In this document: one piece after another, positions 1 through 14,699 of the stretch
Position numbering within the stretch: the stretch's first letter is position 1
Layout: the number at the start of each line of letters is the position of its first letter
NCBI GenBank assembly: GCA_964247055.1
Contig: OZ176053.1
Coordinates: forward strand, 14,133,899 to 14,197,898
DNA from: Paragordius varius
Lineage: Eukaryota; Animalia; Nematomorpha
Length of the DNA: 64,000 nt
Reading direction: 5' to 3'
Program-made: the position numbers and the translations under genes
The notes under the pieces: generated by a model
Told to the model about the DNA's origin: nothing
The model's input: the letters and a program-made list of their open reading frames with translations, nothing else
Database searches by the model: none

Positions 1-3000
1 AATCGTATAAAATAAATTTTTTAAATATTTAAAAAATTCATAAAAATTACATTTATACTCCGATCTCGAAAATATTTGGGGTGATGATGGAACTACCATA
101 GGGTTACCCAAAAAAAATTATGGTGACATAACCTGATCAAATTTGGATTTTAGGTAGCCATTTTTATTTTTAAAATCGTATAAAATAAATTTTTTAAATA
201 TTTAAAAACTTCAAAAAAATTACATTTATACTCCGATCTCGACAATATTTGGGGTGATGATGGAATTACCTTAGGGCTACCCAAAAAAAATTATGGTGAC
301 ATCACCTGATCAAATTTGGATTTTAAGTAGCCATTTTTATTTTTAATATCGTATAAAATAAATTTTTTAAATATTTAAAAAATTCATAAAAATTACATTT
401 ATACTCCGATCTCGACAATATTTGGGGTGATGATGGAACTACCATAGGGCTACCCAAAAAAATTATGGTGACATCACCTGATCAGATTTGGATTTTAGGT
501 AGCCATTTTTATTTTTAATATCGTATAAAATAAATTTTTTAAATATTTAAAAAATTCATAAAAATTACATTTATACTCCGATCTCGAAAATATTTGGGGT
601 GATGATGGAACTACCATAGGGCTACCCAAAAAAAATTATGGTGACATCACCTGATCAAATTTGGATTTTAGGTAGCCATTTTTATTTTTAAAATCGTATA
701 AAATAAATTTTTTAAATATTTAAAAAATTCATAAAAATTACATTTATACTCCGATCTCGAAAATATTTGGGGTGATGATGGAACTACCATAGGGCTACCC
801 AAAAAAAATTATGGTGACATCACCTGATCAAATTTGGATTTTAGGTAGCCATTTTTATTTTTAAAATCGTATAAAATAAATTTTTTAAATATTTAAAAAA
901 TTCATAAAAATTACATTTATACTCCGATCTCGAAAATATTTGGGGTGATGATGGAACTACCATAGGGCTACCCAAAAAAATTATGGTGACATCACCTGAT
1001 CAAATTTGGATTTTAGGTAGCCATTTTTATTTTTAAAATCGTATAAAATAAATTTTTTAAATATTTAAAAAATTCATAAAAATTATATTTATACTCCGAT
1101 CTCGAAAATATTTGGGGTGATGATGGAACTACCATAGGGCTACCCAAAAAAAATTATGGCGACATCACCTGATCAAATCTGGATTTTAGGTAGCCATTTT
1201 TATTTTTAAAATCGTATAAAATAAATTTTTTAAATATTTAAAAAATTCAAAAAAATTACATTTATACTCCGATCTCGACAATATTTGGGGTGATGATGGA
1301 ATTACCTTAGGGCTACCCAAAAAAAATTATGGTGACATCACCTGATCAAATTTGGATTTTAAGTAGCCATTTTTATTTTTAATATCGTATAAAATAAATT
1401 TTTTAAATATTTAAAAAATTCATAAAAATTACATTTATACTCCGATCTCGACAATATTTGGGGTGATGATGGAACTACCATAGGGCTACCCAAAAAAAAT
1501 TATGGCGACATCACCTGATCAAATCTGGATTTTAGGTAGCCATTTTTATTTTTAAAATCGTATAAAATAAATTTTTTAAATATTTAAAAAATTCAAAAAA
1601 TTACATTTATACTCCGATCTCGACAATATTTGGGGTGATGATGGAATTACCATAGGGCTACCCAAAAAAAAATTATGGTGACATCACCTGATCAAATTTG
1701 GATTTTAGGTAGCCATTTTTATTTTTAAAATCGTATAAAATAAATTTTTTAAATATTTAAAAAATTCATAAAAATTATATTTATACTCCGATCTCGAAAA
1801 TATTTGGGGTGATGATGGAACTACCATAGGGCTACCCAAAAAAAATTATGGCGACATCACCTGATCAAATTTGGATTTTAGTTAGCCATTTTTATTTTTA
1901 AAATCGTATAAAATAAATTTTTTAAATATTTAAAAAATTCAAAAAATTACATTTATACTCCGATCTCGACAATATTTGGGGTGATGATGGAATTACCATA
2001 GGGCTACCCAAAAAAAAATTATGGTGACATCACCTGATCAAATTTGGATTTTAGGTAGCCATTTTTATTTTTAAAATCGTATAAAATAAATTTTTTAAAT
2101 ATTTAAAAAATTCAAAAAAATTACATTTATACTCCGATCTCGACAATATTTGGGGTGATGATGGAATTACCATAGGGCTACCCAAAAAAAATTATGGTGA
2201 CATCACCTGATCAAATTTGGATTTTAGGTAGCCATTTTTATTTTTAAAATCGTATAAAATAAATTTTTTAAATATTTAAAAAATTCAAAAAAATTACATT
2301 TATACTCCGATCTCGACAATATTTGGGGTGATGATGGAATTACCTTAGGGCTACCCAAAAAAAATTATGGTGACATCACCTGATCAAATTTGGATTTTAA
2401 GTAGCCATTTTTATTTTTAATATCGTATAAAATAAATTTTTTAAATATTTAAACAATTCATAAAAATTACATTTATACTCCGATCTCGACAATATTTGGG
2501 GTGATGATGGAATTACCATAGGGCTACCCAAAAAAAATTATGGTGACATCACCTGATCAAATTTGGATTTTAGGTAGCTATTTTTATTTTTAAAATAGTA
2601 TAAAATAAATTTTTTAAATATTTAAAAAATTCATAAAAATTACATTTATACTCCGATCTCGAAAATATTTGGGGTGATGATGGAACTACCATAGGGCTAC
2701 CCAAAAAAAATTATGGTGACATCACCTGATCAAATTTGGATTTTAGGTAGCCATTTTTATTTTTAAAATCGTATAAAATAAATTTTTTAAATATTTAAAA
2801 AATTCATAAAAATTACATTTATACTCCGATCTCGAAAATATTTGGGGTGATGATGGAACTACCATAGGGCTACCCAAAAAAAATTATGGTGACATCACCT
2901 GATCAAATTTGGATTTTAGGTAGCCATTTTTATTTTTAAAATCGTATAAAATAAATTTTTTAAATATTAAAAAAATTCATAAAAATTATATTTATACTCC

Positions 3001-5099
3001 GATCTCGAAAATATTTGGGGTGATGATGGAACTACCATAGGGCTACCCAAAAAAAATTATGGCGACATCACCTGATCAAATCTGGATTTTAGGTAGCCAT
3101 TTTTATTTTTAAAATCGTATAAAATAAATTTTTTAAATATTTAAAAAATTCAAAAAAATTACATTTATACTCCGATCTCGACAATATTTGGGGTGATGAT
3201 GGAATTACCATAGGGCTACCCAAAAAAAATTATGGTGACATCACCTGATCAAATTTGGATTTTAGGTAGCCATTTTTATTTTTAATATCGTATAAAATAA
3301 ATTTTTTAAATATTTAAAAAATTCATAAAAATTACATTTATACTCCGATCTCGACAATATTTGGGGTGATGATGGAATTACCATAGGGCTACCCAAAAAA
3401 AATTATGGTGACATCACCTGATCAAATTTGGATTTTAGGTAGCCATTTTTATTTTTAAAATCGTATAAAACAAATTTTTTAAATATTTAAAAAATTCAAA
3501 AAAATTACATTTATACTCCGATCTCGACAATATTTGGGGTGATGATGGAACTACCATAGGGCTACCCAAAAAAAATTATGGCGACATCACCTGACCAAAT
3601 CTGGATTTTAAGTAGCCATTTTTATTTTTAATATCGTATAAAATAAATTTTTTAAATATTTAAAAAATTCATAAAAATTACATTTATACTCCGATCTCGA
3701 AAATATTTGGGGTGATGATGGAACTACCATAGGGCTACCCAAAAAAAATTATGGTGACATAACCTGATCAAATTTGGATTTTAGGTAGCCATTTTTATTT
3801 TTAAAATCGTATAAAATAAACTTTTTAAATATTTAAAAAATTCATAAAAATTACATTTATACTCCGATCTCGAAAATATTTGGGGTGATGATGGAACTAC
3901 CATAGGGCTACAAAAATTATGGCGACATCACCTGATCAAATTTGGATTTTAGGAAGCCATTTTAAAATCGTATAAAATAAATTTTTTAAATTTAAAAAAT
4001 TCATAAAAATTAAATTTATAGTCCGATCCCCAAAATATTTGGGGTGATGATGGAACTACCATAGGGCTACCCAAAATAAATTATGGTGACATCACATTGA
4101 TCAAATTTGGATTTTAGGTAGCCATTTTTATTTTTAAAATCGTATAAAATAAATTTTTTAAATATTTAAAAAATTCATAAAAATTACATTTAAAGTCCGA
4201 TCTCAAAAATATTTGGGGTTATGATGGAACTACCATAGGGCTACCCAAAAAAAATTATGGCGACATCACCTGATCAAATCTGGATTTTAGGTAGCCATTT
4301 TTATTTTTAAAATCGTATAAAATAAATTTTTTAAATATTTAAAAAATTCAAAAAAATACATTTATACTCCGATCTTGACAATATTTGGGGTGATGATGGA
4401 ATTACCATAGGGCTACCCAAAAAAAATTATGGCGACATCACCTGATCAAATTTGGATTTTGGGTAGCCATTTTTATTTTTAAAATCGTATAAAATAAATT
4501 TTTTAAATATTTAAAAAATTCAAAAAAATTACATTTATACTCCGATCTCGACAATATTTGGGGTGATGATGGAATTACCATAGGGCTACCCAAAAAAAAT
4601 TATGGTGACATCACCTGATCAAATTTGGATTTTAGGTAGCCATTTTTATTTTTAATATCGTATAAAATAAATTTTTTAAATATTTAAAAAATTCATAAAA
4701 ATTACATTTATACTCCGATCTCGACAATATTTGGGGTGATGATGGAACTACCATAGGGCTACCCAAAAAAAATTATGGTGACATCACCTGATCAAATTTG
4801 GATTTTAGGTAGCCATTTTTATTTTTAAAATCGTATAAAATAAATTTTTTAAATATTTAAAAAATTCATAAAAATTATATTTATACTCCGATCTCGAAAA
4901 TATTTGGGGTGATGATGGAACTACCATAGGGCTACCCAAAAAAAATTATGGCGACATCACCTGATCAAATCTGGATTTTAGGTAGCCATTTTTATTTTTA
5001 AAATCGTATAAAATAAATTTTTTAAATATTTAAAAAATTCATAAATATTACATTTATAGTCCGATCCCAAAGTATTTGGGGTGAAGATGGAACTACCAT

Positions 5100-8000
5100 T
5101 GGGCTACGCAAAAAAAATTATGGCGACATCACCTGATCAAATTTGGATTTTAGGTAGCTATTTTTATTTTTAAAATCGTATAAAATAAATTTTTTAAATA
5201 TTTAAAAAATTCAAAAAAATTACATTTATACTCCGATCTCGAAAATATTTGGGGTGATGATGGAACTATCATAGGGCTACGCAAAAAAAATTATGGTGAC
5301 ATCACCTGATCAAATTTGGATTTTAGGTAGCCATTTTTATTTTTAAAATCGTATAAAATAAATTTTTTAAATATTTAAAAAATTCAAAAAAATTACATTT
5401 ATACTCCGATCTCGACAATATTTGGGGTGATGATGGAACTACCATAGGGCTACCCAAAAAAGATTATGGTGACATCACCTGATCAAATTTGGATTTTAGG
5501 TAGCCATTTTTATTTTTAAAATCGTATAAAATAAATTTTTTAAATATTTAAAAAATTCATAAAAATTACATTTATACTCCGATCTCGAAAATATTTGGGG
5601 TGATGATGAAACTACCATAGGGCTACCCAAAAAAAATTATAGTGACATCACCTGATCAAATTTGGATTTTAGGTAGCCATTTTTATTTTTAAAATCGTAT
5701 AAAATAAATTTATTAAATATTTAAAAAATTCATAAAAATTACATTTATAGTCCGATCCCCAAAATATTTGGGGTGATGATGGAACTACCATAGGGCTACC
5801 CAAAAAAAATTATGGTGACATCACCTGATCAAATTTGGATTTTAGGTAGCCATTTTTATTTTTAAAATCGTATAAAATAAATTTTTTAAATATTTAAAAA
5901 ATTCAAAAAAATTACATTTATACTCCGATCTCGAAAATATTTGAGGTGATGATGGAACTACCATAGGGCTACCCAAAAAAAATTATGGCGACATCACCTG
6001 ATCAAATTTGTATTTTAGGTAGCCATTTTTATTTTTAAAATCGTATAAAATAAATTTTTTAAATATTTAAAAAATTCATAAAAATTACATTTATACTCCG
6101 ATCTCGAAAATATTTGGGGTGATTATGGAACTACCATAGGGCTACCCAAAAAAAATTATAGTGACATCACCTGATCAAATTTGGATTTTAGGTAGCCATT
6201 TTTATTTTTAAAATCGTATAAAATAAATTTTTTAAATATTTAAAAAATTCATAAAAATTACATTTATAGTCCGATCTCGACAATATTTGGGGTGATGATG
6301 GAACTACCATAGGGCTACCCAAAAAAAATTATAGTGACATCACCTGATCAAATTTGGATTTTAGGTAGCCATTTTTATTTTTAAAATCGTATAAAATAAA
6401 TTTTTTAAATATTTAAAAAAATTCAAAAAAATTACATTTATACTCCGATCTCGAAAATATTTGGGGTGATGATGGAACTACCATAGGGCTACGCAAAAAA
6501 AATTATGGTGACATCACCTGATCAAATTTGGATTTTAGGTAGCCATTTTTATTTTTAAAATCGTATAAAATAAATTTTTTAAATATTTAAAAAAATTCAA
6601 AAAAATTACATTTATACTCCGATCTCGAAAATATTTGGGGTGATGATGGAACTACCATAGGGCTACGCAAAAAAAATTATGGTGACATCACCTGATCAAA
6701 TTTGGATTTTAGGTAGCCATTTTTATTTTTAAAATCGTATAAAATAAATTTATTAAATATTTAAAAAATTCAAAAAAATTACATTTATAGTCCGATCTCG
6801 ACAATATTTGGGGTGATGATGGAACTACCATAGGGCTACCCAAAAAAAATTATAGTGACATCACCTGATCAAATTTGGATTTTAGGTAGCCATTTTTATT
6901 TTTAAAATCGTATAAAATAAATTTTTTAAATATTTAAAAAATTCAAAAAAATTACATTTATACTCCGATCTCGAAAATATTTGGGGTGATGATGGAACTA
7001 CCATAGGGCTACGCAAAAAAAATTATGGTGACATCACCTGATCAAATTTGGATTTTAGGTAGCTATTTTTATTTTTAAAATCGTATAAAATAAATTTTTT
7101 AAATATTTAAAAAATTCAAAAAAATTACATTTATACTCCGATCTCGAAAATATTTGGGGTGATGATGGAACTATCATAGGGCTACGCAAAAAAAATTATG
7201 GTGACATCACCTGATCAAATTTGGATTTTAGGTAGCCATTTTTATTTTTAAAATCGTATAAAATAAATTTTTTAAATATTTAAAAAATTCAAAAAAATTA
7301 CATTTATACTCCGATCTCGACAATATTTGGGGTGATGATGGAACTACCATAGGGCTACCCAAAAAAGATTATGGTGACATCACCTGATCAAATTTGGATT
7401 TTAGGTAGCCATTTTTATTTTTAAAATCGTATAAAATAAATTTTTTAAATATTTAAAAAATTCATAAAAATTACATTTATACTCCGATCTCGAAAATATT
7501 TGGGGTGATGATGAAACTACCATAGGGCTACCCAAAAAAAATTATAGTGACATCACCTGATCAAATTTGGATTTTAGGTAGCCATTTTTATTTTTAAAAT
7601 CGTATAAAATAAATTTTTTAAATATTTAAAAAATTCATAAAAATTACATTTATAGTCCGATCCCCAAAATATTTGGGGTGATGATGGAACTACCATAGGG
7701 CTACCCAAAAAAAATTATGGTGACATCACCTGATCAAATTTGGATTTTAGGTAGCCATTTTTATTTTTAAAATCGTATAAAATAAATTTTTTAAATATTT
7801 AAAAAATTCAAAAAAATTACATTTATACTCCGATCTCGAAAATATTTGAGGTGATGATGGAACTACCATAGGGCTACCCAAAAAAAATTATGGCGACATC
7901 ACCTGATCAAATTTGTATTTTAGGTAGCCATTTTTATTTTTAAAATCGTATAAAATAAATTTTTTAAATATTTAAAAAATTCATAAAAATTACATTTATA

Positions 8001-11000
8001 CTCCGATCTCGAAAATATTTGGGGTGATTATGGAACTACCATAGGGCTACCCAAAAAAAATTATAGTGACATCACCTGATCAAATTTGGATTTTAGGTAG
8101 CCATTTTTATTTTTAAAATCGTATAAAATAAATTTTTTAAATATTTAAAAAATTCATAAAAATTACATTTATAGTCCGATCTCGACAATATTTGGGGTGA
8201 TGATGGAACTACCATAGGGCTACCCAAAAAAAATTATAGTGACATCACCTGATCAAATTTGGATTTTAGGTAGCCATTTTTATTTTTAAAATCGTATAAA
8301 ATAAATTTTTTAAATATTTAAAAAAATTCAAAAAAATTACATTTATACTCCGATCTCGAAAATATTTGGGGTGATGATGGAACTACCATAGGGCTACGCA
8401 AAAAAAATTATGGTGACATCACCTGATCAAATTTGGATTTTAGGTAGCCATTTTTATTTTTAAAATCGTATAAAATAAATTTTTTAAATATTTAAAAAAT
8501 TCAAAAAAATTACATTTATACTCCGATCTCGAAAATATTTGGGGTGATGATGGAACTACCATAGGGCTACGCAAAAAAAATTATGGTGACATCACCTGAT
8601 CAAATTTGGATTTTAGGTAGCTATTTTTATTTTTAAAATCGTATAAAATAAATTTTTTAAATATTTAAAAAATTCAAAAAAATTACATTTATACTCCGAT
8701 CTCGAAAATATTTGGGGTGATGATGGAACTATCATAGGGCTACGCAAAAAAAATTATGGTGACATCACCTGATCAAATTTGGATTTTAGGTAGCCATTTT
8801 TATTTTTAAAATCGTATAAAATAAATTTTTTAAATATTTAAAAAATTCAAAAAAATTACATTTATACTCCGATCTCGACAATATTTGGGGTGATGATGGA
8901 ACTACCATAGGGCTACCCAAAAAAGATTATGGTGACATCACCTGATCAAATTTGGATTTTAGGTAGCCATTTTTATTTTTAAAATCGTATAAAATAAATT
9001 TTTTAAATATTTAAAAAATTCATAAAAATTACATTTATACTCCGATCTCGAAAATATTTGGGGTGATGATGAAACTACCATAGGGCTACCCAAAAAAAAT
9101 TATAGTGACATCACCTGATCAAATTTGGATTTTAGGTAGCCATTTTTATTTTTAAAATCGTATAAAATAAATTTTTTAAATATTTAAAAAATTCATAAAA
9201 ATTACATTTATAGTCCGATCCCCAAAATATTTGGGGTGATGATGGAACTACCATAGGGCTACCCAAAAAAAATTATGGTGACATCACCTGATCAAATTTG
9301 GATTTTAGGTAGCCATTTTTATTTTTAAAATCGTATAAAATAAATTTTTTAAATATTTAAAAAATTCAAAAAAATTACATTTATACTCCGATCTCGAAAA
9401 TATTTGAGGTGATGATGGAACTACCATAGGGCTACCCAAAAAAAATTATGGCGACATCACCTGATCAAATTTGTATTTTAGGTAGCCATTTTTATTTTTA
9501 AAATCGTATAAAATAAATTTTTTAAATATTTAAAAAATTCATAAAAATTACATTTATACTCCGATCTCGAAAATATTTGGGGTGATTATGGAACTACCAT
9601 AGGGCTACCCAAAAAAAATTATAGTGACATCACCTGATCAAATTTGGATTTTAGGTAGCCATTTTTATTTTTAAAATCGTATAAAATAAATTTTTTAAAT
9701 ATTTAAAAAATTCATAAAAATTACATTTATAGTCCGATCTCGACAATATTTGGGGTGATGATGGAACTACCATAGGGCTACGCAAAAAAAATTATAGTGA
9801 CATCACCTGATCAAATTTGGATTTTAGGTAGCCATTTTTATTTTTAAAATCGTATAAAATAAATTTTTTAAATATTTAAAAAAATTCAAAAAAATTACAT
9901 TTATACTCCGATCTCGAAAATATTTGGGGTGATGATGGAACTACCATAGGGCTACGCAAAAAAAATTATGGTGACATCACCTGATCAAATTTGGATTTTA
10001 GGTAGCCATTTTTATTTTTAAAATCGTATAAAATAAATTTTTTAAATATTTAAAAAATTCAAAAAAATTACATTTATACTCCGATCTCGAAAATATTTGG
10101 GGTGATGATGGAACTACCATAGGGCTACGCAAAAAAAATTATGGTGACATCACCTGATCAAATTTGGATTTTAGGTAGCTATTTTTATTTTTAAAATCGT
10201 ATAAAATAAATTTTTTAAATATTTAAAAAATTCAAAAAAATTACATTTATACTCCGATCTCGAAAATATTTGGGGTGATGATGGAACTATCATAGGGCTA
10301 CGCAAAAAAAATTATGGTGACATCACCTGATCAAATTTGGATTTTAGGTAGCCATTTTTATTTTTAAAATCGTATAAAATAAATTTTTTAAATATTTAAA
10401 AAATTCAAAAAAATTACATTTATACTCCGATCTCGACAATATTTGGGGTGATGATGGAACTACCATAGGGCTACCCAAAAAAGATTATGGTGACATCACC
10501 TGATCAAATTTGGATTTTAGGTAGCCATTTTTATTTTTAAAATCGTATAAAATAAATTTTTTAAATATTTAAAAAATTCATAAAAATTACATTTAACTCC
10601 GATCTCGAAAATATTTGGGGTGATGATGAAACTACCATAGGGCTACCCAAAAAAAATTATAGTGACATCACCTGATCAAATTTGGATTTTAGGTAGCCAT
10701 TTTTATTTTTAAAATCGTATAAAATAAATTTTTTAAATATTTAAAAAATTCATAAAAATTACATTTATAGTCCGATCCCCAAAATATTTGGGGTGATGAT
10801 GGAACTACCATAGGGCTACCCAAAAAAAATTATGGTGACATCACCTGATCAAATTTGGATTTTAGGTAGCCATTTTTATTTTTAAAATCGTATAAAATAA
10901 ATTTTTTAAATATTTAAAAAATTCAAAAAAATTACATTTATACTCCGATCTCGAAAATATTTGAGGTGATGATGGAACTACCATAGGGCTACCCAAAAAA

Positions 11001-12700
11001 AATTATGGCGACATCACCTGATCAAATTTGTATTTTAGGTAGCCATTTTTATTTTTAAAATCGTATAAAATAAATTTTTTAAATATTTAAAAAATTCATA
11101 AAAATTACATTTATACTCCGATCTCGAAAATATTTGGGGTGATTATGGAACTACCATAGGGCTACCCAAAAAAAATTATAGTGACATCACCTGATCAAAT
11201 TTGGATTTTAGGTAGCCATTTTTATTTTTAAAATCGTATAAAATAAATTTTTTAAATATTTAAAAAATTCATAAAAATTACATTTATAGTCCGATCTCGA
11301 CAATATTTGGGGTGATGATGGAACTACCATAGGGCTACCCAAAAAAAATTATAGTGACATCACCTGATCAAATTTGGATTTTAGGTAGCCATTTTTATTT
11401 TTAAAATCGTATAAAATAAATTTTTTAAATATTTAAAAAAATTCAAAAAAATTACATTTATACTCCGATTACGAAAATATTTGGGGTGATGATGGAACTA
11501 CCATAGGGCGCAAAAAAAATTATGGTGACATCACCTGATCAAATTTGGATTTTAGGTAGCCATTTTTATTTTTAAAATCGTATAAAATAAATTTATTAAA
11601 TATTTAAAAAATTCAAAAAAATTACATTTATAGTCCGATCTCGACAATATTTGGGGTGATGATGGAACTACCATAGGGCTACCCAAAAAAAATTATAGTG
11701 ACATCACCTGATCAAATTTGGATTTTAGGTAGCCATTTTTATTTTTAAAATCGTATAAAATAAATTTTTTAAATATTTAAAAAATTCAAAAAAATTACAT
11801 TTATACTCCGATCTCGAAAATATTTGGGGTGATGATGGAACTACCATAGGGCTACGCAAAAAAAATTATGGTGACATCACCTGATCAAATTTGGATTTTA
11901 GGTAGCTATTTTTATTTTTAAAATCGTATAAAATAAATTTTTTAAATATTTAAAAAATTCAAAAAAATTACATTTATACTCCGATCTCGAAAATATTTGG
12001 GGTGATGATGGAACTATCATAGGGCTACGCAAAAAAAATTATGGTGACATCACCTGATCAAATTTGGATTTTAGGTAGCCATTTTTATTTTTAAAATCGT
12101 ATAAAATAAATTTTTTACATATTTAAAAAATTCAAAAAAATTACATTTATACTCCGATCTCGACAATATTTGGGGTGATGATGGAACTACCATAGGGCTA
12201 CCCAAAAAAGATTATGGTGACATCACCTGATCAAATTTGGATTTTAGGTAGCCATTTTTATTTTTAAAATCGTATAAAATAAATTTTTTAAATATTTAAA
12301 AAATTCATAAAAATTACATTTATACTCCGATCTCGAAAATATTTGGGGTGATGATGAAACTACCATAGGGCTACCCAAAAAAAATTATAGTGACATCACC
12401 TGATCAAATTTGGATTTTAGGTAGCCATTTTTATTTTTAAAATCGTATAAAATAAATTTTTTAAATATTTAAAAAATTCATAAAAATTACATTTATAGTC
12501 CGATCCCCAAAATATTTGGGGTGATGATGGAACTACCATAGGGCTACCCAAAAAAAATTATGGTGACATCACCTGATCAAATTTGGATTTTAGGTAGCCA
12601 TTTTTATTTTTAAAATCGTATAAAATAAATTTTTTAAATATTTAAAAAATTCAAAAAAATTACATTTATACTCCGATCTCGAAAATATTTGGGGTGATGA
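5100..12700 (+). repeat. Higher-order repeat domain of 9-11 monomers (~1.56-1.9 kb)
   Basis: The rare variant atgaaact recurs at about 5606, 7511, 9069, 10626 and 12354 (spacings 1905, 1558, 1557, 1728). The ttgagg variant (linked to tttgtatttt) recurs at 5941, 7846, 9404 and 10961. The aaagattat variant follows the same spacing. Confidence 0.85.
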
Positions 12701-14699
12701 TGGAACTACCATAGGGCTACGCAAAAAAAATTATGGTGACATCACCTGATCAAATTTGGATTTTAGGTAGCCATTTTTATTTTTAAAATCGTATAAAATA
12801 AATTTTTTAAATATTTAAAAAATTCATAAAAATTACATTTATAGTCCGATCCCCAAAATATTTGGGGTGATGATGGAACAACCATAGGGCTACGCAAAAA
12901 AAATTATGGCGACATCACCTGATCAAATTTGGATTTTAGGTAGCCATTTTTATTTTTAAAATCGTATAAAATAAATTTTTTAAATATTTAAAAAATTCAA
13001 AAAAATTACATTTATACTCCGATCTCGAAAATATTTGGGGTGATGATGGAACAACCATAGGGCTACGCAAAAAAAATTATGGCGACATCACCTGATCAAA
13101 TTTGGATTTTAGGTAGCCATTTTTATTTTTAAAATCGTATAAAATAAATTTTTTAAATATTTAAAAAATTCAAAAAAATTACATTTATACTCCGATCTCG
13201 AAAATATTTGGGGTGATGATGGAACTACCATAGGGCTACGCAAAAAAAATTATGGTGACATCACCTGATCAAATTTGGATTTTAGGTAGCCATTTTTATT
13301 TTTAAAATCGTATAAAATAAATTTTTTAAATATTTAAAAAATTCAAAAAAATTACATTTATACTCCGATCTCGACAATATTTGGGGTGATGATGGAACTA
13401 CCATAGGGCTACCCAAAAAAAATTATGGTGACATCACCTGATCAAATTTGGATTTTAGGTAGCCATTTTTATTTTTAAAATCGTATAAAATAAATTTTTT
13501 AAATATTTAAAAAATTCATAAAAATTACATTTATAGTCCGATCCCCAAAATATTTGAGGTGAATGGAACTACCATAGGGCTACCCAAAAAAAATTATGGC
13601 GACATCACCTGATCAAATTTGGATTTTAGGTAGCCATTTTTATTTTTAAAATCGTATAAAATAAATTTTTTAAATATTTAAAAAATTCATAAAAATTACA
13701 TTTATACTCCGATCTCGAAAATATTTGGGGTGATGATGGAACTACCATAGGGCTACCCAAAAAAAATTATAGTGAGATCACCTGATCAAATTTGGATTTT
13801 AGGTAGCCATTTTTATTTTTAAAATCGTATAAAATAAATTTTTTAAATATTTAAAAAATTCATAAAAATTACATTTATAGTCCGATCTCGACAATATTTG
13901 GGGTGATGATGGAACTACCATAGGGCTACCCAAAAAAAATTATAGTGACATCACCTGATCAAATTTGGATTTTAGGTAGCCATTTTTATTTTTAAAATCG
14001 TATAAAATAAATTTTTTAAATATTTAAAAAATTCAAAAAAATTACATTTATACTCCGATCTCGAAAATATTTGGGGTGATGATGGAACTACCATAGGGCT
14101 ACGCAAAAAAAATTATGGTGACATCACCTGATCAAATTTGGATTTTAGGTAGCCATTTTTATTTTTAAAATCGTATAAAATAAATTTATTAAATATTTAA
14201 AAAATTCAAAAAAATTACATTTATACTCCGATCTCGACAATATTTGGGGTGATGATGGAACTACCATAGGGCTACCCAAAAAAAATTATGGTGACATCAC
14301 CTGATCAAATTTGGATTTTAGGTAGCCATTTTTATTTTTAAAATCGTATAAAATAAATTTTTCAAATATTTAAAATTCATAAAAATTACATTTATACTCC
14401 GATCTCGAAAATATTTGGGGTGATGATGGAACTACCATAGGGCTACCCAAAAAAAATTATAGTGACATCACCTGATCAAATTTGGATTTTAGGTAGCCAT
14501 TTTTATTTTTAAAATCGTATAAAATAAATTTTTTAAATATTTAAAAAATTCATAAAAATTACATTTATAGTCCGATCTCGAAAATATTTGGGGTGATGAT
14601 GGAACTACCATAGGGCTACGCAAAAAAAATTATGGCGACATCACCTGATCAAATTTGGATTTTAGGTAGCCATTTTTATTTTTAAAATCGTATAAAATA

